A stretch of 64,000 bases of DNA from Candidatus Enterousia sp. (GTDB taxonomy: Bacteria; Pseudomonadota; Alphaproteobacteria; Rs-D84). Location of the stretch: the NCBI GenBank assembly GCA_045613785.1, contig JAZLBQ010000007.1:32001-96000 (forward strand). The letters run 5' to 3'. A model generated the notes under the pieces. It searched no databases, was not told the origin of the DNA, and saw nothing but the letters and a program-made list of their open reading frames with translations. This document shows, in pieces, positions 38,937 through 47,517 of the stretch. Each line of letters starts with the position of its first letter. Position 1 is the stretch's first letter. Both the position numbers and the translations under genes were made by a program.

Positions 38937-39179
38937 ATGACTCACGAAGATGTATGGCGTGCCATCGAAAGATTTGCAACAGAACATGGAATGTCTTGTT
39001 CTGGATTGGCAAAGTGTAGCGGTCTGGATCCGACTACATTTAACAAAAGTAAGCGTTGGTCCAAAGAAGGTCAACCACGCTGGCCATCGACGAACAGCAT
39101 ATCCAAGATATTATCGTCAACAGGGGCGAAGATTCAAGACTTTACCAAGTTTATTGATTCAACTGACCCTGCACGATAA
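38937..39179 (+). CDS. Stand-alone HTH regulator, paralog of 12629-12868
   Basis: MTHEDVWRAIERFA...SGLDPTTFNKSKR...RWPSTNSISKIL. Confidence 0.88.
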   Translation: MTHEDVWRAIERFATEHGMSCSGLAKCSGLDPTTFNKSKRWSKEGQPRWPSTNSISKILSSTGAKIQDFTKFIDSTDPAR

Positions 39180-39260
39180 TGCTGTTTTATGACTTACCAA
39201 ACCACAGTGTTAAATCATTGTGGTTTTTTATTGGACAATCTGAAATCCATTCGCTAAACT

Positions 39261-39686
39261 TTGTATATGTTATCAGGCGTTCGTATTTATACATCTGACT
39301 CCGTATGGCACCAGATTTTTACCGACTTTGGTGCGACGGTTATGGACGCACCAATAACTGGCTGCATAAATTTTGATGAAATTACCCCAAATTCTGTCAT
39401 TTCAGTGCTGGAATTAAAGTCTTTATTGTTAAATGCAACGGACACAGGCAGTGTTTTGCGTCTTGTGTTTGGCGGTGATGTTTCTTTGCCAAAAATTCAG
39501 GCTCAGATAGTTGCTTTTTTGCATAAATCAGGCGGAATGACGATTGCGGAATTAAAAAATGCACTGGGGTATGCACCTGATGTTGCCACGCATTCAATAG
39601 ACAACGCAATTTATTTATTGCGAAAAACATACGGTCGTTCTTTTATAAAAAACACAAACGGGGTTTACAGACTTGGCGAACTATAA
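39261..39686 (+). CDS. OmpR-type winged-helix protein without an intact receiver domain
   Basis: LGYAPDVATHSIDNAIYLLRK...GVYRL; start codon uncertain. Confidence 0.7.
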   Translation: MYMLSGVRIYTSDSVWHQIFTDFGATVMDAPITGCINFDEITPNSVISVLELKSLLLNATDTGSVLRLVFGGDVSLPKIQAQIVAFLHKSGGMTIAELKNALGYAPDVATHSIDNAIYLLRKTYGRSFIKNTNGVYRLGEL

Positions 39687-40338
39687 ATTATTATCTTTTG
39701 ATAAAATCCCCAGCACCCAGGATTATGCACTGGATTTGATTGCGTCTGGTCGTGCAACTGACCATACGGCGGTGCTGGCGGCGGCTCAGTCTGCAGGGCG
39801 TGGTCGTTTTCGTCGTTCGTGGGTTTCGCATCATGGAAATTTATATGTCAGTTTTATATTTTCTTCGCCTGAACGTGATGCTCGCTTATCGTATTGTGTT
39901 GCTGTGGCGGTGGCCGAAACAATTGCATCATTTGGTGTTCATCCAACCATAAAGTGGCCAAACGATATATTGGTTGATAATAAAAAGATTTCTGGGACTT
40001 TGATTGAATATTCTGGTTCGTTTGTTGTTGTTGGTATTGGAATCAATGTAAATTCAAATCCGACTGTTGAACGCTACAAAACGACCAAGATGGATAATTA
40101 TTCAGAAATTCCAATGAACGAATTACTAAATCGCTTGATGCGTAATTTAGACAAATGGCGGCGTGCTGATTTTCGGTCTGTTCGTGCACGGTGGATGGAA
40201 ATGGCTGCATGTATAAATCGTCCTGTTAAATACCAGGGTGAACCTGCGTTATTAGTTGGAATCAACGAAAATGGTGCATTGGTTTTGCGTCGTGATACTC
40301 GTTATTTACTGGTCTGGGGGGACGAGATTGTCGTTTGA
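39673..40338 (+). CDS. birA: Biotin-[acetyl-CoA-carboxylase] ligase (monofunctional)
   Basis: PSTQD, QSAGRGRFRRSWVS, KWPNDILV, KISGTLIE. Confidence 0.95.
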   Translation: MANYKLLSFDKIPSTQDYALDLIASGRATDHTAVLAAAQSAGRGRFRRSWVSHHGNLYVSFIFSSPERDARLSYCVAVAVAETIASFGVHPTIKWPNDILVDNKKISGTLIEYSGSFVVVGIGINVNSNPTVERYKTTKMDNYSEIPMNELLNRLMRNLDKWRRADFRSVRARWMEMAACINRPVKYQGEPALLVGINENGALVLRRDTRYLLVWGDEIVV

Positions 40339-40350
40339 AAAATTTTTTTC

Positions 40351-40486
40351 TTGACTTTTTGTCAAAAATATGATACCATACAACACATAAACAGCACAGA
40401 TTTTGCCCACAGCGTTAGTTGTGGCTTTTTTATTGCCCCACGTCCACGGACGTGGTTTTTTGTTTATAATCCCAAAAGGTAAAATA
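40351..40486 (+). promoter_or_regulatory. Promoter plus two tandem hairpin-U tracts upstream of the phage-like operon
   Basis: TTGACT-17-TACCAT; ccacagc gtta gttgtgg-c-T tract; ccacgtcc ac ggacgtgg-T6. Confidence 0.65.
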
Positions 40487-40903
40487 ATGCAAATGAGCAT
40501 AATAAATAATCCGGACACAACGGGCCGGTTGGCACTGCTATATAAAATTGCAAGAGTTGTCTATGCACAAACGGGAGCTGTCTCATTACCCTTGGTCGAA
40601 GCCTTTACATCAATGATAAAAAACATTGTTGATAAAACGGGAACGGACATTTCGATTGTGATTCAAGATTCGAATTTATTTCCCTCATTACGCAAATCAG
40701 ATATAAATCACAATCGGATATTTGTTTCGGCATCTAATCCAGGATTTCAAATGTGCTTGCGAACGGCAGGTCGAATTATGTCGGGCTGTTTAGGGGATTG
40801 TTGTTATGGTGCGACAAAATATCACTATGCGGATACAATACCTGATTGGGCATTATCACGTGGTTATATTGCAGACATTGATGGCATATTATTTTACACA
40901 TAA
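40487..40903 (+). CDS. Cell wall hydrolase (SleB/Hydrolase_2)-like, divergent
   Basis: IARVVYAQT...GATKYHYADTIPDWA...IDGILFY; the catalytic Glu position appears to be Gln. Confidence 0.6.
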   Translation: MQMSIINNPDTTGRLALLYKIARVVYAQTGAVSLPLVEAFTSMIKNIVDKTGTDISIVIQDSNLFPSLRKSDINHNRIFVSASNPGFQMCLRTAGRIMSGCLGDCCYGATKYHYADTIPDWALSRGYIADIDGILFYT

Positions 40904-40919
40904 TTAAAAAAGAAAATAC

Positions 40920-41117
40920 ATGAGAAATTTTTTCAAGGGTGGATATTTATCTGGATATCGCACCTATATAATTTCTGCAAGTGGGATTATATCTGCGGTT
41001 GCGGCATATCTGGTTGGAGATGCAGATTTATTTACAATGTTGCAGACAATATTTACATTAGCGGGGATATATTTTTTACGACGCTCTAATGAAAACAAAG
41101 GACAAGACAATGGATAA
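40920..41117 (+). CDS. Small holin-like membrane protein
   Basis: LSGYRTYI...two TM segments...GIYFLRR. Confidence 0.6.
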   Translation: MRNFFKGGYLSGYRTYIISASGIISAVAAYLVGDADLFTMLQTIFTLAGIYFLRRSNENKGQDNG

Positions 41118-41766
41118 AATACCAGAAAAATTTTTAAATTCTGATGGAACATTAAACAGTGAGATGTTGGTAAAATCATACACAGAATTGGAAAAGAAAT
41201 TAAACACAATGATATCGATTCCAACAGCAGATGATACGCCCGATATTCGTCAAAAATTTAATCGTGCAATTGGTGTTCCAGAAACGCCATCGCAATATCC
41301 AACAAATGAATTATACGACGACGAGAATTTGCGTCAGAAATTTTTTGATATTGGTTTAACATCAAAACAGGTAGAAAAGATTTATGACATTGCGAATGAA
41401 TTTTTAACACCGATTGTATCAGAAATTTTTTCTGTTCAAAATCAATCCAGTGCAATAAATGAATTAAGAAATTTTTTTGGCACAGAACAAAAAATGATAG
41501 ATGCCTTAACTGCGATTGAATCATTTGGAATACGTTTTTTGCCGCACGATGCATTTGTTGAATTATCGGCTACAGCCCAGGGAATTCAAAGCATTTATAA
41601 GATGATGCAAACAATGGAACCCAGTGTTCACACTGATAAAAATTCAAATGAAAATTTATCAGATTCTGATTTGCGACGCATGATGCAAGATCCAAAATAT
41701 TGGCGTGATAATGATACAGAATACATTCGCAAAATAGAAAACGGATTTAAAAAATTATATTCATAA
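41110..41766 (+). CDS. Phage capsid assembly (scaffolding) protein
   Basis: IPEKF...LVKSYTELEKKL; C-terminal MMQDPKYWRD...F.KLY. Confidence 0.75.
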   Translation: MDKIPEKFLNSDGTLNSEMLVKSYTELEKKLNTMISIPTADDTPDIRQKFNRAIGVPETPSQYPTNELYDDENLRQKFFDIGLTSKQVEKIYDIANEFLTPIVSEIFSVQNQSSAINELRNFFGTEQKMIDALTAIESFGIRFLPHDAFVELSATAQGIQSIYKMMQTMEPSVHTDKNSNENLSDSDLRRMMQDPKYWRDNDTEYIRKIENGFKKLYS

Positions 41767-41872
41767 ATATAAAAAATAACTTTTCTTCTTTACTAATTTT
41801 TTGATTTCAGATAAAATATGAATCAAGAACAAAACGAATTTGTTCTAACCAAACGTTAGAAGGAGAGAAGGG

Positions 41873-42334
41873 ATGGGATTTTTCTTTAGAAAATCTAAAA
41901 AAGTAGAAGAAGTAAAACCAGTTGTAAAACCAGCAACAAAGAAAGCAACTGCAAAAAAACCAGCTGCCAAGAAAGTGGCTGCAAAACCAGCTGCAAAAAA
42001 AGTAGCGGCAAAACCAGTTGCAAAAAAAGTAGCTGCAAAACCAGTTGCAAAGAAAGTGGCTGCAAAACCAGTTGCAAAAAAAGTGGCTGCAAAACCAGTT
42101 GCAAAGAAAGTAGCTGCAAAACCAGTTGCAAAAAAAGTAGCTGCAAAACCAGTTGCAAAGAAAGTAGCTGCAAAACCAGTTGCAAAAAAAGTAGCTGCAA
42201 AACCAGTTGCAAAGAAAGTAGCTGCAAAACCAGTCGCAAAAAAAGTGGTTGCAAAACCAGTCGCAAAAAAAGTGGTTGCAAAACCAGTTGCAAAGAAAGC
42301 TTGTGCGAAAAAAGCATGTGCTAAAAAGAAATAA
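41873..42334 (+). CDS. Histone H1-like (Hc2/BpH1-type) Lys/Ala-rich protein
   Basis: 12 KKV(A/V)AKP(V/A)A repeats; AGGAG RBS region; own terminator. Confidence 0.85.
   Translation: MGFFFRKSKKVEEVKPVVKPATKKATAKKPAAKKVAAKPAAKKVAAKPVAKKVAAKPVAKKVAAKPVAKKVAAKPVAKKVAAKPVAKKVAAKPVAKKVAAKPVAKKVAAKPVAKKVAAKPVAKKVVAKPVAKKVVAKPVAKKACAKKACAKKK
41969..42292 (+). repeat. 12 x 27-bp coding tandem repeat
   Basis: Unit aa(a/g)aaagt(a/g)gctgcaaaaccagttgca. Confidence 0.92.
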
Positions 42335-42543
42335 TAAATTCCCCACATCTGTGGGGATTTTTTTATAAAAGTATCAGTCAGATTATAAACATTGTCTGAC
42401 TGATATTTTTTTCTTTGGATAATCCTTGTTTTGGGGACCCATTACTTTTTATTTTTTTGGCACACGATGTGTATAACCAAAATACAAAATTTACCAGTGA
42501 TGCATTGCATCACTTTTAATTTTTATAACCAAAGGATTTTTAT

Positions 42544-42753
42544 ATGTCTGTTTCCATAGATAACGTATTTGTGAAACAATTCGAAGCGGATGTTCATTTG
42601 GCATATCAACAAATGGGCACAAAACTGCGTTCTACTGTTCGCAGTAAATCGGGTGTTATTGGTGCATCAACAACATTTCAAAAGGTCGGTCGTGGCACAG
42701 CCAGCACAAAATCACGTCATGGTATTGTTCCTGTGATGAATTTGAATCACTAA
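42544..42753 (+). pseudogene. Phage major capsid protein, N-terminal fragment only
   Basis: MSVSIDNVFVKQFEADVHLAYQQMGTKLRSTVR...FQKVG...KSRHG..P.MNL.H, then stop at 69 aa. Confidence 0.75.
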
Positions 42754-42926
42754 TAGATTACACACACCAGGTTATCCAGGATAAATTGGGGGGTGGGGCA
42801 GTATTGGGACTTTACAGAAATCTGCTGTCAGTTTTGGAAAATGCGCTGCCAAAATTGATAAATGATTATGGGCTGATAACAGAAACAGTTCCAAACGATA
42901 ATTGCGATGATTACGGAGTTTTATAA
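42750..42926 (+). pseudogene. Start-less 3' fragment of the gene preceding the terminase (small terminase position)
   Basis: Open frame LIDYTHQVIQDKLGG...DDYGVL-stop overlaps the terminase start; no ATG found upstream in frame. Confidence 0.5.
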
Positions 42927-43509
42927 ATTTCTGGACACCTGGAACGACCTGTTAGGATTCAAGACCCCAAAGCATCATCGTCAGATAATGAAGTTTCTAT
43001 ATGATGTTTTGTGTGAATCACCGCATCGTGGATTGCTGATGGCATTTCGTCATTCTGGTAAATCGACGGTTGTTGGTATATTTGCGGCATGTGTTTTATA
43101 TTTGCGTCCCCAGACCCGAATTTTGATTTTATCTGCGGAAACCGGGCTGTCATCACGAATGGTGTCGCATATCAGGCATATATTGGAAAATCATCCGTAT
43201 TGTCAATCAATGATTCCTGCGAATAAAAAAGAGTGGGCTAATGGTCGCATAACTATAAATCGTCCGATTGGCATTCGTGAACCGTCTGTAATTTGCCAAG
43301 GTATTCACGGCAATATAACCGGTATGCGTGCAGATTTAATAATTTGTGATGATATCGAAGTGCCAAACACATCAAACACCGCCCAAAAAAGGGAATTTTT
43401 GCGTGAACGCTTGCGTGAACTAGATTTTATACTATCGCCCAACGGTGCAATGATTTATATTGGCACACCGCATACACATGATACTATTTATCAAACGGGG
43501 CTTGACTAG
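42907..43509 (+). CDS. Phage terminase large subunit, ATPase half only
   Basis: LMAFRHSGKS (Walker A), ADLIICDDIE (Walker B), YIGTPH coupling motif, then stop. Confidence 0.85.
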   Translation: MITEFYKFLDTWNDLLGFKTPKHHRQIMKFLYDVLCESPHRGLLMAFRHSGKSTVVGIFAACVLYLRPQTRILILSAETGLSSRMVSHIRHILENHPYCQSMIPANKKEWANGRITINRPIGIREPSVICQGIHGNITGMRADLIICDDIEVPNTSNTAQKREFLRERLRELDFILSPNGAMIYIGTPHTHDTIYQTGLD

Positions 43510-44147
43510 TTCAGACTGCTGACAAACGTCCGCAATTTACCCAGCAGTTCACTGCCCGCATCGCCGAACATTGGCAGATAAGTTTCATATTCTGGCATAT
43601 CGGCTTGAACCTGTGCACGAACACGTTCAGATATTGGGTTAGTAATAATTTCATTTGCACTGTCCCATAATCTGTATGCGTTGTATGTTTGGATAACCAT
43701 ATTCCATTTAGGCATTAAATCAGGACGCTTGGCCAGGGCAGCACGAATACCTGGTTGCCATTCTTCGCCGAAATCTTGGACAATTGCCAGTCCCATAAAC
43801 ATATCCAATCCTGTTTGGTCTGGTGTAAAATTATTTAATCCTTCTTCCAGTTCGTTCCATTGATTTTTGGTCAGGCTAACCGAATGAATTTCTTCATTTG
43901 TCATCATGCCACCGTATGGCAATAACTCTGGTTCGATTGAATTGATATCTGTCTTACCGCTACGCAGATTTTCGATATGTTGCACCAACAATTTACCTGT
44001 TGGCATTTCTTTCAGCTCCTTGATAACATCATCAGAAGCCTCGTTCAAGAAAACAGGATTTACAGTTGCCCAGCCACCAATAATAACATGTTCTTGGCGA
44101 TACAGATTTAACAGTCTTAGTGCGGTTGTGCTGCTTTTTGTGTTCAT
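43506..44147 (-). CDS. Hypothetical protein, third gene of the dnaB operon
   Basis: 213-aa ORF with GGAGAG RBS. Confidence 0.7.
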   Translation of the reverse strand: MNTKSSTTALRLLNLYRQEHVIIGGWATVNPVFLNEASDDVIKELKEMPTGKLLVQHIENLRSGKTDINSIEPELLPYGGMMTNEEIHSVSLTKNQWNELEEGLNNFTPDQTGLDMFMGLAIVQDFGEEWQPGIRAALAKRPDLMPKWNMVIQTYNAYRLWDSANEIITNPISERVRAQVQADMPEYETYLPMFGDAGSELLGKLRTFVSSLN

Positions 44148-44170
44148 TTTCTCTCTCCATAAGATTGGGA

Positions 44171-45178
44171 TTATTCGATTACAATCATCACAACCTTGTG
44201 CATTGTTTGTGCAGTAATTTTTTCTTCTGGTGAAACGATTTGTCCGTAAACTTTACCTTTGGAATCGCTGCGAACACTAACGATTTGTGCAGATACAGAT
44301 GTTTCATCATCCAACGAATCAAAGTCTGCATCAAAAGCGACGGCTAAATCACCAGGCTGTGCCACAGCGGTTGAGTCTGCAAACACATATGATTTTTCAG
44401 GGATAAAACCGCCCAGGCGTTTAGTATTAGGCATAACTGCATAAACACCGGTTTTGCCTTCTAAAGTGCTTGGTGCGACAATCATTGTTTTATCAGATTT
44501 TTTGAAAGTGATTGCCTTGCCTGTAGGTGTTCCAAAGACTGGCACCAGTTTTTTACGTGCACTGTCATATAATTTTGCACCATACAAACTGCCGTGCATA
44601 TCAATGCCAGACATTGGATTTCCAGGTTCCAAGACAGATTTAACACGTTCTTTGACCTTGCTGATTTGTTTGTTTAATTCGCCAGATTTATACAAGTTTG
44701 CAATCTTGTCGAACAAATCTTCTGCCCCCAGTGCAAATGATTTTGCCAATGGTTCGATTTCGTTTTTATAGATTTCACGCTGACCGACTTCGATTTTATG
44801 GTAAACAGACAAAGTCATACCGGCGTCTTTTGCAGCCTGTGCAATAGTTTTACCTTTTTGCTGGCGGATTTTACGTAATCCGCTACCAAAGACCTTTAAA
44901 CCGCTGTCTTCGTTATCGTTCAATCGTCTTTTGATTTCGCTTTGCCATTGACCTGCGACATCATCAGATTCTTTGATGAAAATATCGGATAATTTGCAGC
45001 CCAAAATATTGCATATATTCAGCAGTTGTTTTTGGTTCAGACGTCTGACACCTTTTTCAATTTTTGAAACAGCAGACAAAGACAATCCGGCCTTGCGTGC
45101 CAATTCTGTCATCTTCATACCATTTGCCAATCGAATATTGCGAATATTATTTGGAAAGATAATTTCTTCTTGGGCCAT
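44171..45178 (-). CDS. Double XRE-HTH regulator with degenerate S24-like C-terminal domain
   Basis: Two HTH_3-like units (ELARKAGLSLSAVSKIEKG; AAKDAGMTLSVYHKIEVG); VPVFG...YAV...PGDLAV. Confidence 0.85.
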   Translation of the reverse strand: MAQEEIIFPNNIRNIRLANGMKMTELARKAGLSLSAVSKIEKGVRRLNQKQLLNICNILGCKLSDIFIKESDDVAGQWQSEIKRRLNDNEDSGLKVFGSGLRKIRQQKGKTIAQAAKDAGMTLSVYHKIEVGQREIYKNEIEPLAKSFALGAEDLFDKIANLYKSGELNKQISKVKERVKSVLEPGNPMSGIDMHGSLYGAKLYDSARKKLVPVFGTPTGKAITFKKSDKTMIVAPSTLEGKTGVYAVMPNTKRLGGFIPEKSYVFADSTAVAQPGDLAVAFDADFDSLDDETSVSAQIVSVRSDSKGKVYGQIVSPEEKITAQTMHKVVMIVIE

Positions 45179-45253
45179 TGCAAACTCCTAAATGACTATT
45201 ACTTGACAAAATAATAGTCAATTTTTAACAACGGTGCAAGGAAATAATTATAA

Positions 45254-46819
45254 TTACAATGGCATATCGTCTGGAATTGCATCAGGGTCGATTGCTGTTG
45301 GTTCGGCATAAGCGTCATCAACAAATCCTGAATTTGATTGAGTAGGTGCTGGCTGTGCAAAATCGTTTTCACCACGAGCTTCAAAATCGTTCAGGTTGTC
45401 GAACAAACTGTAATCTCCAAAGAACGCTGTTCGCACAGTTTCTGGTCGTCCATGACGGTTTTTACCGATGATGATATCAGCCTTACCACGTGCCCGTTCT
45501 AATCTGTTTTGCCAAGAATCATGTGCTGATGAATTTACATTATTTGACATACGTTCGTTTGGATCACGGTTTTGCAGATAGTATTCTTCACGATATGTAA
45601 ACATAACGATGTCAGCGTCCTGTTCAATAGATCCAGATTCACGCAAGTCTGACAACATTGGTCGTTTATCATCACGAGATTCCACACTACGTGACAGCTG
45701 AGACAATGCGATAACAGGCACATCTAATTCTTTGGCCAACATTTTTAGACCTCTGGTAATTTCAGAAATTTCCTGAACACGATTATCGCTGTGTTTTCCG
45801 CCTGGGGATGTCATCAACTGTAAATAGTCCAAAACAATCAGTGCGATTCCGCCGTGTTTGCGTGCCAACCGTCTGGCTCTAGTTCGCATCATAGGCACAG
45901 ACATACCTGGTGTATCATCGATGAACAGTGGCACTTTGCCGATTGCAGCAGAATATTGCGACATTTTCAAGAAATCTTCATCAGTCAATTTACCTTCACG
46001 CATTGCTGTTGCGGGAACTTTTGATTGCGAAGACAGCACACGTGCCGCCAGCTGTGAAGCCGACATTTCAAGGCTGAAAAACACAACAGCACCCTTGTAA
46101 TTTTTATTTGCTCGTCCGTATGCGATGGCATTTGCGGCATTAAACGCAATATTCATTGCCAATGTTGTTTTACCCATCGCAGGTCGTCCTGCAATAATAA
46201 TCAAGTCCGAATGATGCAACCCACTGATTGAACCGTCCAGTGCGTCCAAGCCAGTTGTCAGACCTGACAATTGACCGTCTGCCTTGTATGCGATTTCTGC
46301 TTCGTTCAATGCACTTGCCAATGCGGCAGAAATAGGTGTGACCTCACGCTCAGAAGCCCCTGTTGTTGCCATTTCGAACAGTTTTTGTTCTGCCATTTCG
46401 ATTTGGCGTGCCACAGGCGTGTCCAGATCCTCGACAAAAGCCTTGCCTACGATATCCTGACCCAAGGCGATTAAATCACGACGCATTGCGTGTTCATAAA
46501 CAATACGTCCATATTGCTCAACGTTGACAACGGTTGTTCCTGCACTGGCCAACTGGCTTAGATAATCAACACCACCAACAGATTCCAAAACGCCTTGTTG
46601 GTCCAGATAGTTTTTTGCAGTAATGATATCGAACGGGATACCGGCGGCAAACTGCCGATTTGCCAACTTAAAAATTTCTTGGTGTGCGGGGTGGGTAAAG
46701 TGTTCCGCCCGCAGGAATTCACCCACACGTTCCAACGCACGATTGTCCATCAGCACAGCGGCCAACACGGCCTGTTCTGCTTCCAAGTTTTCAGGCAATT
46801 TTTTGGGGGTAAAATCCAT
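45254..46819 (-). CDS. dnaB: Replicative DNA helicase
   Basis: NLEAEQAVL, AGRPAMGKT, FSLEMS, LDYLQL, LSQLSR, DLRESGSIEQDAD; start MDFTPK after AAGGA. Confidence 0.98.
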   Translation of the reverse strand: MDFTPKKLPENLEAEQAVLAAVLMDNRALERVGEFLRAEHFTHPAHQEIFKLANRQFAAGIPFDIITAKNYLDQQGVLESVGGVDYLSQLASAGTTVVNVEQYGRIVYEHAMRRDLIALGQDIVGKAFVEDLDTPVARQIEMAEQKLFEMATTGASEREVTPISAALASALNEAEIAYKADGQLSGLTTGLDALDGSISGLHHSDLIIIAGRPAMGKTTLAMNIAFNAANAIAYGRANKNYKGAVVFFSLEMSASQLAARVLSSQSKVPATAMREGKLTDEDFLKMSQYSAAIGKVPLFIDDTPGMSVPMMRTRARRLARKHGGIALIVLDYLQLMTSPGGKHSDNRVQEISEITRGLKMLAKELDVPVIALSQLSRSVESRDDKRPMLSDLRESGSIEQDADIVMFTYREEYYLQNRDPNERMSNNVNSSAHDSWQNRLERARGKADIIIGKNRHGRPETVRTAFFGDYSLFDNLNDFEARGENDFAQPAPTQSNSGFVDDAYAEPTAIDPDAIPDDMPL

Positions 46820-46838
46820 GACACAATCCTTTTCTTCT

Positions 46839-47132
46839 ATGCCCATAGTATATGAAAAAAACGCTTTTTCAACGCCTTTTTTATCGGGATATAAAACCTT
46901 GAAAATTCCGATAGTTAGTCCTGAGGGCGAACCTGCATGGCCTGAATTGTTTCCACTTTCCAGGATTCATCAATTACAAGAAACAGTTGGACATCGCCAC
47001 TTTTCGTCTCAGATGATGCTGGAATTTGTTCCGCCAAATCGCATTCGCCTAGATCCTGGAAGTTTGCATTTTTACGACAGCGAATTTGACCGTCGGTCGG
47101 CAAATCAGTCTTGGAACATTTGCGTCAGATAA
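46839..47132 (+). pseudogene. Continuation of the terminase large subunit, truncated
   Basis: PFLSGYKTLKIPI..EGEPAWPELF...FSSQMML...RLDP; start at ATG 46839 or TTG 46899; similarity is lost at about 47104. Confidence 0.7.
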
Positions 47133-47257
47133 CAATTGAACGTCCAATTGGTTCAAACGCCACTGATAATGAATTACGCTGGTTTGCTGCTCAGTCAGCA
47201 CTGGTCCGTCACATAGAATCTCTTGTTTCCCAGGGCAGGGGGTGTTCAAATGTTTAA
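47099..47257 (+). pseudogene. Start-less C-terminal part of a Bbp19-like phage protein
   Basis: GKSVLEHLRQITIERP...ELRWFAAQSALVRHIESLV; in-frame TGA at 47087 and no start codon. Confidence 0.6.
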
Positions 47258-47486
47258 CCTGGAATTTTTACGCAACAGTTGGTTTTTGATTGCATTTATT
47301 GGTGGGCTGATTTATTGGGCAGCTCGCCAAGATTTATCTGTTGCGGAACACGAACACTTTGACAGTCGTATAACCTCGCTGGAAAATCGCACGACGATAC
47401 TGGAAACTGGTATTGGTCAGATTCAGATAAAAATAGACGACATCAAAGAAGATTTAAATTTAATAAAAAGTGCCGTTATAAAGTAA
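47250..47486 (+). CDS. Small TM plus coiled-coil phage-like protein
   Basis: MFNLEFLRNSWFLIAFIGGLIYW...RITSLENRTTILE. Confidence 0.65.
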   Translation: MFNLEFLRNSWFLIAFIGGLIYWAARQDLSVAEHEHFDSRITSLENRTTILETGIGQIQIKIDDIKEDLNLIKSAVIK

Positions 47487-47517
47487 AGCACGGCCAAAAC
47501 TATAAAGGAAAAGAATT

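Noticed and set aside
41807-42348. Three long repetitive ORFs on the minus strand, and a possible CRISPR reading of the repeat
   Set aside because: They are antisense shadows of the 27-bp coding repeat. Units are contiguous with no spacers, and there are no cas genes.
42730-42760. T7-style programmed -1 frameshift in the capsid gene
   Set aside because: No clear slippery heptamer, and the product would be only about 128 aa. A deletion junction explains it better.
43480-46870. att-like repeats flanking the dnaB insert
   Set aside because: No convincing direct or inverted repeat seen by eye.
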